This document shows, in pieces, positions 8,793 through 18,758 of a DNA stretch of 44,874 nucleotides. The notes below the pieces were generated by a model that saw nothing but the letters and a program-made list of their open reading frames with translations, searched no databases and had not been told where the DNA came from. The stretch's first letter is position 1. Every line of letters starts with the position of its first letter. The position numbers were made by a program, and so were the translations under genes. The DNA lies in the sequence record SRR20825019_158. One strand, 5' to 3'.

Positions 8793-9781
8793 GATTCTTC
8801 GGGCACGCCTCCCAGAATGCCACTAAACCAGATGTCGCCGAGCGAACCTTCCGCCATCAGATCAGCCAGATCCTCTCGATCAGCAAGTGACTCGAATTGC
8901 GCGGCATTCCCCACTTTTTGTGAAATAACGACCTCCTCCGGATGATCGCGAAACAGATCCAGCAGATACGGCGAATGAGTCGTCGCAATCACTTGCACCT
9001 TCGCCCGCGTCTCCTCTTCGGGATAGCTCAACCGATAGAGCAAATCGCGCACCTCCCGCAACATCCGCGGGTGGATACCCCGGTCGATTTCCTCGATACA
9101 AACCACTGTCGGCGGAGTGGGATTCAGAGCCAAACACAGGATCCCCAGGAGGTAGAGCGTGCCTTGGGATAAATCCGTTGAAACAACGTCACCACTGCCA
9201 TCACTGAGAGGTAAGGCCACATCCAACATTGCCGCCGACGGCTCGACGATCTTGATACCGGAAAATTCGGGCATGATCCGCACCAGCTCGGACTCCAATT
9301 CGGCGAATGCTGCCGGATGCTCCGTCTGCATCACCGCCAAAACCGAAGCCAAATTCTTCCCATCGGAGGAGAGCTCCGCCGTATCAGCACGTTCGGAAGG
9401 TGCGGCCATCGCCCGGTGATCAAAATGAAACGCCCGGATCCCCGACAATTGGGACCGCAGTTGCGGCCAGTCTGGTGCATCGACGGGGTCCACCCTCAGC
9501 GCATCACATCGCAAATCCGAAATACAGGAAATCTCGGCGGCAATCGTTTCGTGCGGCGCGGTAAATTGAAACGTGATGCGTGGACCTTCTGATCGTGACG
9601 ACTCAGCTGACTCCGTCAGCACCTCCAGTTTCGACAGGGACCGCAATTGCAGCAGCGCCTGGATCAGACTGGTCTTTCCGCTGCCATTCGCACCGATCAC
9701 TAAATTAAAAGCTCGCAGGGCAAGATGCGCGTTACGCAAGGCCTTGAAATTTTGAAAGTCCACGTAAGCGATCACGGCCAT
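8789..9781 (-). CDS. AAA_21/AAA_15-type ABC-family ATPase
   Basis: NFKAL, Walker A GANGSGKT, signature LSQG, Walker B/D-loop CIEEIDRGIHP and H-loop TTHSPY. Start uncertain (ORF extends to 9805). Confidence 0.85.
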   Translation of the reverse strand: MAVIAYVDFQNFKALRNAHLALRAFNLVIGANGSGKTSLIQALLQLRSLSKLEVLTESAESSRSEGPRITFQFTAPHETIAAEISCISDLRCDALRVDPVDAPDWPQLRSQLSGIRAFHFDHRAMAAPSERADTAELSSDGKNLASVLAVMQTEHPAAFAELESELVRIMPEFSGIKIVEPSAAMLDVALPLSDGSGDVVSTDLSQGTLYLLGILCLALNPTPPTVVCIEEIDRGIHPRMLREVRDLLYRLSYPEEETRAKVQVIATTHSPYLLDLFRDHPEEVVISQKVGNAAQFESLADREDLADLMAEGSLGDIWFSGILGGVPEES

Positions 9782-9835
9782 CAGCATGAGCTTTATCTGC
9801 TGCATGCCAAGGTCTTCCGGACAGTCTATCGCGGA

Positions 9836-12800
9836 TTATCTACCTAGTAAGCGCTGCAGAAAGTCGTCCGCTCCGGTGCGCTCCATCGCAAGCCGGCGCA
9901 GGGCCGTTTCCAGTTCACTGGTATCAGGGCGCGCGAGGCTTCCTGCGATCTTCAGGGTCAGGGCACAGAGGGCATAGCCCAAATCGTCTTTCTCCTCTTT
10001 CAAGACACCCAGATAGCCAAAAGCAGCGCCGGTCTTTCCCCGCACTTTCATTTTCAATGAAAGGTGCAAAGGTTGCTCAAAAATATCCACGCCATCCTGC
10101 GCGGTGATTTTCCCATCCCCCGTTAATCGCACCTCCGGAGAAATCAGCGAAAAGTCCTTCAGAATCGTATTCAGATTATCCATCCGATACACCGAAACAT
10201 TGAGCTGATCATAAGGAATCGCCGTGAGCGTTTTCGAGAGTTCGGCGACTGCCTGTGACTTGCTCGCGAAATTCTGCGTCTCTTTGCCTCCACCCACTAC
10301 GTTGCCGATAAACGCGCCCAATGCCGCAATGCGTCCTGCATTTTCTACTTTCGCCGCTGCCTGCGGAGGAAGCACCCGAAACACCCCGCCGGTGCTCTTC
10401 AACTCAAGCTCACCCTGGGTGCGACGAACCAAGTCACCCGCGTTTTGTCCGGTCGCGGAAATCTGCGATTTAACATTGAAGACGCCTTCCACCTGCGGCG
10501 GGGCCCCCGGGCTCAATATTTGAAAAAGTGGTCCGGTTGCAAAATCGTTCACGACCATATCCGCCGCCAACGTATAGGGATGGGTCGCGGTGGCATCAAA
10601 GTCCAGTTTGCCCTGAAAACTCATCGCGCTCTCCCTGCCCACCCCGGCACGGAGATCCTCCAATTTCAGCCCGACCGGGGATACTTTGATCACCCCGCCC
10701 ACGTCACGCATTTCAAACGCATCAGTGTAGTGCAACACCTGCATGGCCAATTCGATTTCGCCGGCCAGGCCCGCCCAGAACGGACGTTCGTCCCGACCAC
10801 TCAGGGAAACTTCCTGCTGTGTCGCGGCCGAAGTGCCGGCCACAACCGCGCTCAGCAGTTCCAGATCATCGAGCCAAACTTCACGCCCACTCAATTTAGC
10901 CTCCAGGTGCAGACCTTCCCCTTTCGGAGTAAACGTGCCCTGCAGGATCAAATCAGAGACGCGCGATTCACGTGTAAAAGTGAGCGGCAAATTAAATCGC
11001 GTCTGCTTCGACCCATCAAACTGTGCGCGCAATTCCGCCATCATCGCAGGCAATTGCCCCGCTTCGGCGTTCACGAGATTATCGAGTGACACTTTGGCCT
11101 GAAGATCGCAGGTCTCCGCCCAAGAGCCCGAGAAATCCAATCGTAAGTTACCATCCTCCAAAAGCACCACCCCATCAGCGATCGGTTGTTTGAGTAAAGC
11201 CGGCAAAACAACTTCGGCGTGTCCTGTGCCGAGAATTGGCGCGCTTTTCGCCGCCGCCTGCCCGGCTTTTAACGAGAGCGACAATAGTCGCTCCTTCCCT
11301 GCCATCACTTCAATTGAGGTGATCTCCGTCTGCCAACCACGAGCCGTGTATTCGGCGGTGAAATCACTGCGCAGGTTTAAACCCTGCACCAAATCACGCC
11401 CGTCTTTTTCCAGCCCGATTTCATCAACCAGCAGCGGCGCGATCATTTTGGCACGCACGCCGCCATCGCGGGCATTCGCGGTAAATTTTCCGGAAATACC
11501 TCCGCCCGACAGACGATACTCGGAGATCAATGGAGCCAGCCACGCCACGGGGAGACCCAGCAGATCCACTTCGACGAGATCCAGCTCGGGATTCGCCACC
11601 TTTAATTCACCCGAGGCGGTATTTAACTCGAAGGTCTGGATCGCCGAGAGTTTGAGCACCGGTTCATCCTGGGTTGCCTCGAGCGAAAAGGTGTTGATCC
11701 GGCTCACTTCGCCATTCTGCAACACATCGAATTCCGCGAAGATTTTCAACCGGCCCACTTCGCGTAATTCCGGAGCGAGCGCTTCCAACCGATTCGCCGA
11801 AGCATTGATCCGCCCCGCGGCCTGAAATTCGCGAAAACCGATATCCGTTTCAAACATACCCGCCCCCACCGCATCAAATGTCGGGATCGGGTGTCCCAGC
11901 AAAAACGGTGTGATGTCAGTATCGCGCACATCCAACCGCCAGACACCACCCAGATGCTCGGAATCAGCCGGGAAATTCGCCTGCACATCCACGAGACGTT
12001 TGCCCACCGATTGCACGGTAAACGTATAATTCTCGCCACCTTTCACATTCGCCGCATCGGCCTGCACCGTGAGTTGCACCCCTTGCGGGAAAGCCGCCCC
12101 TCTCGCCTGTGCGTTCACGACCGAGGAAACATTCGCGAAAGTGCGCGGCGTATCCATCACCGCGTTCAACGTGCCTCGCATCGCAATCGTCTGCACCTGC
12201 GCGCCCACCTCATCGGTTTCGACCATGGCGGTCAGATCGAAAGCTCCTTCCCGACCAGCCGCAAATCCACCGCCGACCAAAGTCACTTGAATCGTCACCG
12301 GATGCTCTCCCGGACCCGCCAACATCATCACCTCCCCCTCCAAAACCACCCCATCTAGCGAAACATCCACAGGCAACTGCAGCTGCGATAACACGCCGCT
12401 AAAGATCATTTGCGCTACCGGTTGTGCTTGCGCGGCATACGCGGTTGACAGCAGGGAAATCGAAGGCGTGCGCGTCGGCCCCCAGGCCTGCACGATCTGC
12501 GCCGGACGATATTGGGTTAAATCCAGCGTCCACCCTCGCGCGACCAGCTTGCTCACCGCCACATTCCGTTTCCACGCCGCCGGCCACAGCGCAATCTCCG
12601 CTTCCAACTGAGGCAGGGTGAGCACGCCACCCTCATAATCGGCGCGGACATTCCGCATTTCGATTTGCCGCAACCCCACGGAGACCCGATCCACCGCCAG
12701 GGTTATTTCCGAATGTGATCCGGCGACCTGACGGACCACCCAGGTTTGCACGGACGACGTGAATGCCAAGCCCAACAGCAACAGCACCCCTCCGGCCATG

Positions 12801-12838
12801 ATCGCCGTCAGAGTGATAATTTTGCGAGAGGTAGTCAT
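9836..12838 (-). CDS. AsmA-like envelope protein
   Basis: ~1000 aa with a single N-terminal TM anchor, a long beta-rich body and a C-terminal LKIAGSLARPD typical of AsmA-like C-termini. Confidence 0.55.
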   Translation of the reverse strand: MTTSRKIITLTAIMAGGVLLLLGLAFTSSVQTWVVRQVAGSHSEITLAVDRVSVGLRQIEMRNVRADYEGGVLTLPQLEAEIALWPAAWKRNVAVSKLVARGWTLDLTQYRPAQIVQAWGPTRTPSISLLSTAYAAQAQPVAQMIFSGVLSQLQLPVDVSLDGVVLEGEVMMLAGPGEHPVTIQVTLVGGGFAAGREGAFDLTAMVETDEVGAQVQTIAMRGTLNAVMDTPRTFANVSSVVNAQARGAAFPQGVQLTVQADAANVKGGENYTFTVQSVGKRLVDVQANFPADSEHLGGVWRLDVRDTDITPFLLGHPIPTFDAVGAGMFETDIGFREFQAAGRINASANRLEALAPELREVGRLKIFAEFDVLQNGEVSRINTFSLEATQDEPVLKLSAIQTFELNTASGELKVANPELDLVEVDLLGLPVAWLAPLISEYRLSGGGISGKFTANARDGGVRAKMIAPLLVDEIGLEKDGRDLVQGLNLRSDFTAEYTARGWQTEITSIEVMAGKERLLSLSLKAGQAAAKSAPILGTGHAEVVLPALLKQPIADGVVLLEDGNLRLDFSGSWAETCDLQAKVSLDNLVNAEAGQLPAMMAELRAQFDGSKQTRFNLPLTFTRESRVSDLILQGTFTPKGEGLHLEAKLSGREVWLDDLELLSAVVAGTSAATQQEVSLSGRDERPFWAGLAGEIELAMQVLHYTDAFEMRDVGGVIKVSPVGLKLEDLRAGVGRESAMSFQGKLDFDATATHPYTLAADMVVNDFATGPLFQILSPGAPPQVEGVFNVKSQISATGQNAGDLVRRTQGELELKSTGGVFRVLPPQAAAKVENAGRIAALGAFIGNVVGGGKETQNFASKSQAVAELSKTLTAIPYDQLNVSVYRMDNLNTILKDFSLISPEVRLTGDGKITAQDGVDIFEQPLHLSLKMKVRGKTGAAFGYLGVLKEEKDDLGYALCALTLKIAGSLARPDTSELETALRRLAMERTGADDFLQRLLGR

Positions 12839-12918
12839 GGATATAAGGGACGCCTCCAATCTAAAAGAGTTGCCCCTGATGACACAATAAACATGCGCCG
12901 GACGGAATAAAACCGTCT

Positions 12919-14283
12919 TTATCCACTTACATAAGGATCAGCCTGACCAATCGCCTTCCGCATCGAGGCCAGCGCCACATGATAGCGGTAGTAAGCCTGC
13001 AGTTGATTCAGTTTGGCGCGGGTAAGATCTACTTGGCTGGTCAGGAGATCCAGCTGTGTAGCCGTGCCCGCATCGTAACGCACCTGGGCAAGACGCAGGG
13101 CTTCATCAGCCTGCTCAACTACCTTCCCGGATGCATCCACCAACTCCCACGCTTCAACCAGCGAGGAATGGCTGCGACGCACTTCCACATCGATCGCGAG
13201 GATCGTTTCTTCGATCACGAGCTTGGTTTGGCGGGTCAGCGACTGGGCCTGCACGACCCGGCCGGCCGCCGAACGACCGTCGAAAATATTCCACTGGGCT
13301 TGCACCCCTGCCGTCCAACCTTCGCGACGGTTATTCCAACCATTCGCGGTGAGCCCTTTGGCAAATTGATAACCTCCCACCAGCGAAACTTGCGGACGAC
13401 GGCCGGAACGCGCGACGGTAACCTGCTCTTCGCCGGCAGCATCGAGTTTTTCGAGGCGCTGCAATTCCGGGCGCTCCGCCCGGGCCGTGCGAACCGAGGT
13501 CAATAAATCATAATCCGTGCGGGAATCCACGACGAGTGATCCCACAAAATTAGGGATACTGTGCATGTTTTCCCCACTCACATTGGTAAATCCGAGCACT
13601 TGCCGGAGTTCCTCGACGGCGATCCGGAAATCGTTGCGCGCGGTGATCAGGGCAGGCTGACCGTTCGCGAGGGCGACCTCAGCCCGGAGCACTTCAAACT
13701 TGGAAATCGTGCCGGCCTCGAAGCGATTCTTCTCATTGGAGAGCTGCTCTTCGAGCAACTTCACATTCTCTTCCTGCACCGTGATCTTTTGCTGAGCGAG
13801 CAAGACGTTATAAAACCGCGTGCGCACCGCGAGCAGTTGCTCATTGATCACTCCTTTCAACTCCAGCTCGGCCGCTTCACGGGCCAGTGAAGCGCTCTTG
13901 CTCGACGCGATCACCCCGCCCCCCGCGTAGAGAACCTGGGTCGCCTGCACCTGCAGGGCCCAATCGCGATCCGAAGGACTGAATGAGGTCGTCAACCCTT
14001 CATCCAGTCGCGTGTAATTGCCGGCAGCGGCCACGGTGGGCAATCGCAGGGCGGATACCTCCAACACGACGCCTTCCTGCTGTTTGATCCGTTCCCGTGC
14101 CTGCCGGATAGCGTGATTATTATCGAGAGCAAATGAGAGTGCATACGAAAGATCCAACTCGGCGGGAACTTCGTAATCAGGGTCGGCGACACCATCATTT
14201 TGATAAGGCTCGACCGCGTTTGCAGCCACAGGCAACGAACCGGTTGAAAGTAGCGCGGCCAGAAATAAGCGGGAGAATTTCAT
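12919..14283 (-). CDS. TolC-family outer membrane efflux protein
   Basis: Signal peptide, two OEP repeats (RFEAGTISKFEVLRAEV; RYDAGTATQLDLLTSQ), WNIFDG motif, and position downstream of the RND pump. Confidence 0.9.
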   Translation of the reverse strand: MKFSRLFLAALLSTGSLPVAANAVEPYQNDGVADPDYEVPAELDLSYALSFALDNNHAIRQARERIKQQEGVVLEVSALRLPTVAAAGNYTRLDEGLTTSFSPSDRDWALQVQATQVLYAGGGVIASSKSASLAREAAELELKGVINEQLLAVRTRFYNVLLAQQKITVQEENVKLLEEQLSNEKNRFEAGTISKFEVLRAEVALANGQPALITARNDFRIAVEELRQVLGFTNVSGENMHSIPNFVGSLVVDSRTDYDLLTSVRTARAERPELQRLEKLDAAGEEQVTVARSGRRPQVSLVGGYQFAKGLTANGWNNRREGWTAGVQAQWNIFDGRSAAGRVVQAQSLTRQTKLVIEETILAIDVEVRRSHSSLVEAWELVDASGKVVEQADEALRLAQVRYDAGTATQLDLLTSQVDLTRAKLNQLQAYYRYHVALASMRKAIGQADPYVSG

Positions 14284-14298
14284 GACAGAATAAAAAGA

Positions 14299-17200
14299 TT
14301 AGGAGGCAAGTGATGGCTGCTGATCCACCGGATCAGGTTTTTTGTTTTTCGAATGATCGCGGGCCAACAACACGTAAAAAGCGGGCACCACGAATAGAGT
14401 AAAGATCGAGCCCACGGCCATCCCAATTACGAGGACATAGCCGATACTATTGCGGGCGGCCGCTCCGGGTCCCGTCACAAAGATCAACATCATGTGACCA
14501 AAAACAGTCGCGGCGGAAGTCATCAAGATGGGCCGAAGTCGAGTCGCCGCGGCGCCACGGATAGCATCAAATTTACTCATCCCTTGCTCCTGCAACGAAT
14601 TAGCAAATTCAACGATCAGAATACCGTTCTTCGCAATCAGACCCACCAAGGTAATCAAACCGATTTGCGAATAAATATTCAACGAGGTCTTCCAGAGGAA
14701 GATCGGCAACATCGCGCCAAAGAAGGCCAATGGCACCGAGCCAAGGAGAATAATAAAAGGATCGCGGAAGCTGTTAAATTGCGCCGACAGCACGAGAAAG
14801 ATCAGGAGAATGGCGAGACCCAAGGCCGGGATGAGTTTATCGCCCTCATTGCGAAGCTGACGCGATTGTCCGCCATAATCCAAAGAATAGCCCGGCGGCA
14901 GGATCTCAGCCGCTTTCGCCTCCAATTTTTTCAGCGCGCCATCCACACTCGGTCCAACTCCCGTGATCTTGATGGAATTCAGCTGTTGGAATCGATTCAA
15001 GCTTCGCGGCTGCACGGTGTGTTTGAGGGTCGCAATCGTCGAAAGCGGAATCAGTTCCCCGCCCGGACCGCGGACATGGTAATCAAGAAGTTGCTCAGCA
15101 TTCAGTCGCTCGCCCCGCTCAACCTGCGGGATCACGCGATAACTGCGACCTTCGTTGACAAAACGATTCACGTAACCGCCACCGAGCATCGACCCCATAT
15201 CGCGGGCCACATCGCTGAGATTCAGCCCCATTGAGGCAACCTTGTCCTTATCGATCTCGATTTCCACCTGTGGCAGATCAAATTTCAAATCGCTATCCGC
15301 GAAGTAAAATGTCGGCGCCCCTCCCCCTGCATTGGCCTCGGTATTGGCATAAAGCACAAGCTGGTTGGCGTAATCGACCATCTCGCCATGATCGGCGGTG
15401 GAACGAAGCACGAATTCAATCGGCATCGAGCCACCCGAAGGCAAAGGATCAGGGGTCGTCACCACGACATTCAGACCCGCGATCTTAGCGGCCGGCGCCT
15501 GAAAGGCTTCTTGGATTTGAACCGCCGATCGGCTGCGTTCCGACCAGGGTTTGAGAATGATTCCGGAAAAGCCGAAGGAAGCACCGGTGATTTGAAATGA
15601 GTTTTCATACTCATCAATCGAGGTGAACATATCCTGAACCTGCTTCGAGAAGATCACATTCTGATCAATGGTCGAAGTAGCCGAAGGCAGCATGATACTG
15701 AAGACCACGCCCTGATCCTCCATCGGAGCCAGCTCCTTATTGGCAAACATGAAGAAGGGCATCAGCAGAAGCGTCAGTAAAAACGCCGACACGGTGATCA
15801 CCGGCACCCAGACGGGCTGGCCTCCTGATCGCCGATCAGCAATGAACATCGCAGGGTAGATACTTCCCGCCGTAATCGCGCAGATCACCTTAATCGACAA
15901 GGCTTCGGCACCAAACACCCCGGCCGCTCCAAAACCAGCTGCAGCTGAAAGGAGCGCAAATATCAACACGAGCAGCCAATTGACTTTACGCGTCTCCAAC
16001 AAATTGCCGAGCACCCGCTCATAACGATTGCGGAGACGATCAAAGAGATGGTTGGTAAATCCGGTGAAACCCCGTTCCTCGGCATCCCCACCCTTGAGTA
16101 AAAAAGCACTCATCATCGGGGAAAGTGTCAGCGCGACAAAACCGGAAACCATCACGGCGCCCGCCAGAGTGAAGGCAAACTCACGGAACAACGCTCCGGT
16201 CAGCCCTCCTTGAAACCCGATCGGGGCATACACCGCCGCGAGCGTAATCGTCATCGAGATCACCGGTCCCACCAGCTCGCGCGCCCCTAAAATCGCTGCA
16301 TCCATCGGGGCCAGTCCTTCTCGAATGTGCCGCTCGATATTTTCGACCACCACAATCGCGTCATCCACCACGATACCCACCGCAAGCACGATGGCCAAAA
16401 GCGTCAGCAGATTAATGGTGAATCCCATCGCCATCATCACAAAGAGCGCTCCGATCAAGGAGAGCGGCATCGAAATGAGCGGGATCATCACTGAGCGAAG
16501 CGATCCCATGAACAGGAAAATCACCACGGCCACAATCAGCAGTGTCTCGAGCAATGTCTTCACGATTTCGCTCAGCGCATCATCGATGTATTTGGAGGCA
16601 TCATAGGCAATCTTTCCCTGCAAGCCACTGGGCAGCGCTGCCTGAATTTCCGGCATGACGGCGCGCACTCGATTGATCACCTCCACGGTGCTTTCGCTGG
16701 GCAATACCCAAATCCCCATGAAAGTCGCGGCCTGACCGCCAAATCTCACTTCCTCATCATAACTCTCCGCGCCCAGCACCACATCGGCCACATCCGAGAG
16801 ACGAATGATCGATCCGTTGCGCTCGGCCACGACCAAAGCACGAAATTCCTCCACATTTTTCAGATCGGTATCCGCTACCAGACTCACACTGATCATGGAG
16901 CCCTTGGTCGCCCCCACCGCGGCCAAGGCATTATTTGCGACGAGTGCACCACGCACTTCCGAAGGACTCAAGCCATGTGCGGCGAGCAAGTCCGGCTTCA
17001 ACCAAATCCGCATCGCGTAAACCCGCCCTCCGAGCAAATCCGCCCGCTGCACCCCTTTAACCGCCGACAATTGAGGCTGCACCATGCGGCTCAGATAATC
17101 GGTGATTTGATTTTGGTTCAGGGTGTCGGAGTAAAAACTCAGATACATGGAGGCGAATTGATTATCACTCGTCTCCACGCTGATCGTCGGCGCTTCCGAC

Positions 17201-17574
17201 TCCGGCGGCAGTTCATTACGCACCTGATCAATTTTCGCACTGATCTGGGCCAACGCGGCGTTGGTATCGAAATTCAGGCGCAGAAAAACTTTGATCGAAC
17301 TATATCCGGCCGCGCTGCTGGATTCGATATAATCGATACCATCGGCACTCGCGATCACCCGCTCCAATTGGGTGGTGATATAGCCACGCACGGTATCGGC
17401 ACTCGCGCCAAAATAGATCGTATTAACATTCACCACCGCACTGTCGCTGCGGGGATACTGACGGGTATTCAGCTGGAAATAAGCCACGAGGCCCAGCACC
17501 AGAATCACGATATTGACGACCAGAGCGATGACCGGCTTGCGGACAAAGAGGTCTGTAAAGCTTTTGGATATCAT
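14299..17574 (-). CDS. RND efflux permease (HAE1, AcrB/MexI/MexW-like)
   Basis: GIVVDDAIVVVENIERH, LIAKNGILIVEFA and RLRPILMTS motifs; 1091 aa. Confidence 0.95.
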   Translation of the reverse strand: MISKSFTDLFVRKPVIALVVNIVILVLGLVAYFQLNTRQYPRSDSAVVNVNTIYFGASADTVRGYITTQLERVIASADGIDYIESSSAAGYSSIKVFLRLNFDTNAALAQISAKIDQVRNELPPESEAPTISVETSDNQFASMYLSFYSDTLNQNQITDYLSRMVQPQLSAVKGVQRADLLGGRVYAMRIWLKPDLLAAHGLSPSEVRGALVANNALAAVGATKGSMISVSLVADTDLKNVEEFRALVVAERNGSIIRLSDVADVVLGAESYDEEVRFGGQAATFMGIWVLPSESTVEVINRVRAVMPEIQAALPSGLQGKIAYDASKYIDDALSEIVKTLLETLLIVAVVIFLFMGSLRSVMIPLISMPLSLIGALFVMMAMGFTINLLTLLAIVLAVGIVVDDAIVVVENIERHIREGLAPMDAAILGARELVGPVISMTITLAAVYAPIGFQGGLTGALFREFAFTLAGAVMVSGFVALTLSPMMSAFLLKGGDAEERGFTGFTNHLFDRLRNRYERVLGNLLETRKVNWLLVLIFALLSAAAGFGAAGVFGAEALSIKVICAITAGSIYPAMFIADRRSGGQPVWVPVITVSAFLLTLLLMPFFMFANKELAPMEDQGVVFSIMLPSATSTIDQNVIFSKQVQDMFTSIDEYENSFQITGASFGFSGIILKPWSERSRSAVQIQEAFQAPAAKIAGLNVVVTTPDPLPSGGSMPIEFVLRSTADHGEMVDYANQLVLYANTEANAGGGAPTFYFADSDLKFDLPQVEIEIDKDKVASMGLNLSDVARDMGSMLGGGYVNRFVNEGRSYRVIPQVERGERLNAEQLLDYHVRGPGGELIPLSTIATLKHTVQPRSLNRFQQLNSIKITGVGPSVDGALKKLEAKAAEILPPGYSLDYGGQSRQLRNEGDKLIPALGLAILLIFLVLSAQFNSFRDPFIILLGSVPLAFFGAMLPIFLWKTSLNIYSQIGLITLVGLIAKNGILIVEFANSLQEQGMSKFDAIRGAAATRLRPILMTSAATVFGHMMLIFVTGPGAAARNSIGYVLVIGMAVGSIFTLFVVPAFYVLLARDHSKNKKPDPVDQQPSLAS

Positions 17575-17595
17575 AGCGATGTCTCCTCGACCGGG

Positions 17596-18717
17596 TTAGG
17601 TATTATCCGGTGTCGGATTGGCACTACTCGATGGCAGTGCGGAATTATTCACCTGCACCGGTGCCCCGGGTCGCAGTTTAAAGACTCCGGCGGAAACCAC
17701 CTGTTCGCCAGGTTTTACTCCGGTGGTGATCGACACCAAGTCGCCTCGCGTCTGCCCCAAGGTCACGAATTGCTGGCGGGCGCCGAGATACTCCTCCCCA
17801 TCCTCGCCCTTCATCTTTTCCACAATATAAACCGAGTTACCGTAGGAGGCATAGGCAATCGCCGTAGCCGGAACAACGACCAGATCATTTTTTGCGGGTA
17901 ACTCCACTGCCACGCGAACAAACATGCCCGAGCGTAGTTTCTCGCCGGGATTGGCGAGGGTCGCCTGCACATTGATATTACGGGTCGAGGAATCGACCTG
18001 CGAATTGATCGCCGTGATCGTGGAAGAGAACTTTGTATTTTCAAAGGCATCCACCGTGACTTGGACTTTTTGCCCGACATGGAGAGAAGGAATATCCCTC
18101 TGCGGCACACTGAAATTCACATACATGGGATTGAGGCTCTGGAGCGGAAGCAGAGGAGCTCCGCGTGCAACGAATTGGCCAACATTGACCATTCGAATTC
18201 CGACCCGGCCGGCAAATGGCGCGATGATTTGCTTCTTCGCGATCTGCGCTTCGAGAGCGGAGACCGCGGCAAGGGATTGCTGGGCGGCCGCCTCCGCGGC
18301 GTCGTAGTCAGACTTGGCGATCGCCTGCCGCGCCCACAGATCGCTGGCCCGCTCCCGATTCACCCGATTCAATTCCGCTGTCGCGCGGGCCGCCTTCAAA
18401 TTGGCTTCTTCCACCGAGCTGTCGATTTCGACGAGCAAGTCCCCTTTATTCACGGTTGAACCGCTATCGGCTGCAATCCTCACCACCGTGCCATCCGCAT
18501 CTGCGCTAATCATCACTCCATTAACGGGAGCCAGTGTGCCAATCGCCCGAAGCGAAGGGTTCCAGCTCACTTCGCGCGCCTCATAGGTGGTGACAGCACT
18601 GGCCGGCTGCATATGCGGTGCCGACATCATTTCGTTGATTTGGGCAGCTTTGATCGCGGCAAGGGAGGCGACCACGAGTATAAATCCCCCGATGGCTATA
18701 ATGAATTTCTTTAACAT
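17596..18717 (-). CDS. RND efflux periplasmic adaptor subunit
   Basis: N-terminal anchor, biotinyl-lipoyl-like halves, IIAPFAGRVG, LRSGMFV and GVKPGEQVVSAG. Confidence 0.95.
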   Translation of the reverse strand: MLKKFIIAIGGFILVVASLAAIKAAQINEMMSAPHMQPASAVTTYEAREVSWNPSLRAIGTLAPVNGVMISADADGTVVRIAADSGSTVNKGDLLVEIDSSVEEANLKAARATAELNRVNRERASDLWARQAIAKSDYDAAEAAAQQSLAAVSALEAQIAKKQIIAPFAGRVGIRMVNVGQFVARGAPLLPLQSLNPMYVNFSVPQRDIPSLHVGQKVQVTVDAFENTKFSSTITAINSQVDSSTRNINVQATLANPGEKLRSGMFVRVAVELPAKNDLVVVPATAIAYASYGNSVYIVEKMKGEDGEEYLGARQQFVTLGQTRGDLVSITTGVKPGEQVVSAGVFKLRPGAPVQVNNSALPSSSANPTPDNT

Positions 18718-18758
18718 GGCAGGTATGAATAAAATATATGGGCCGAGCTAAATTAAGC

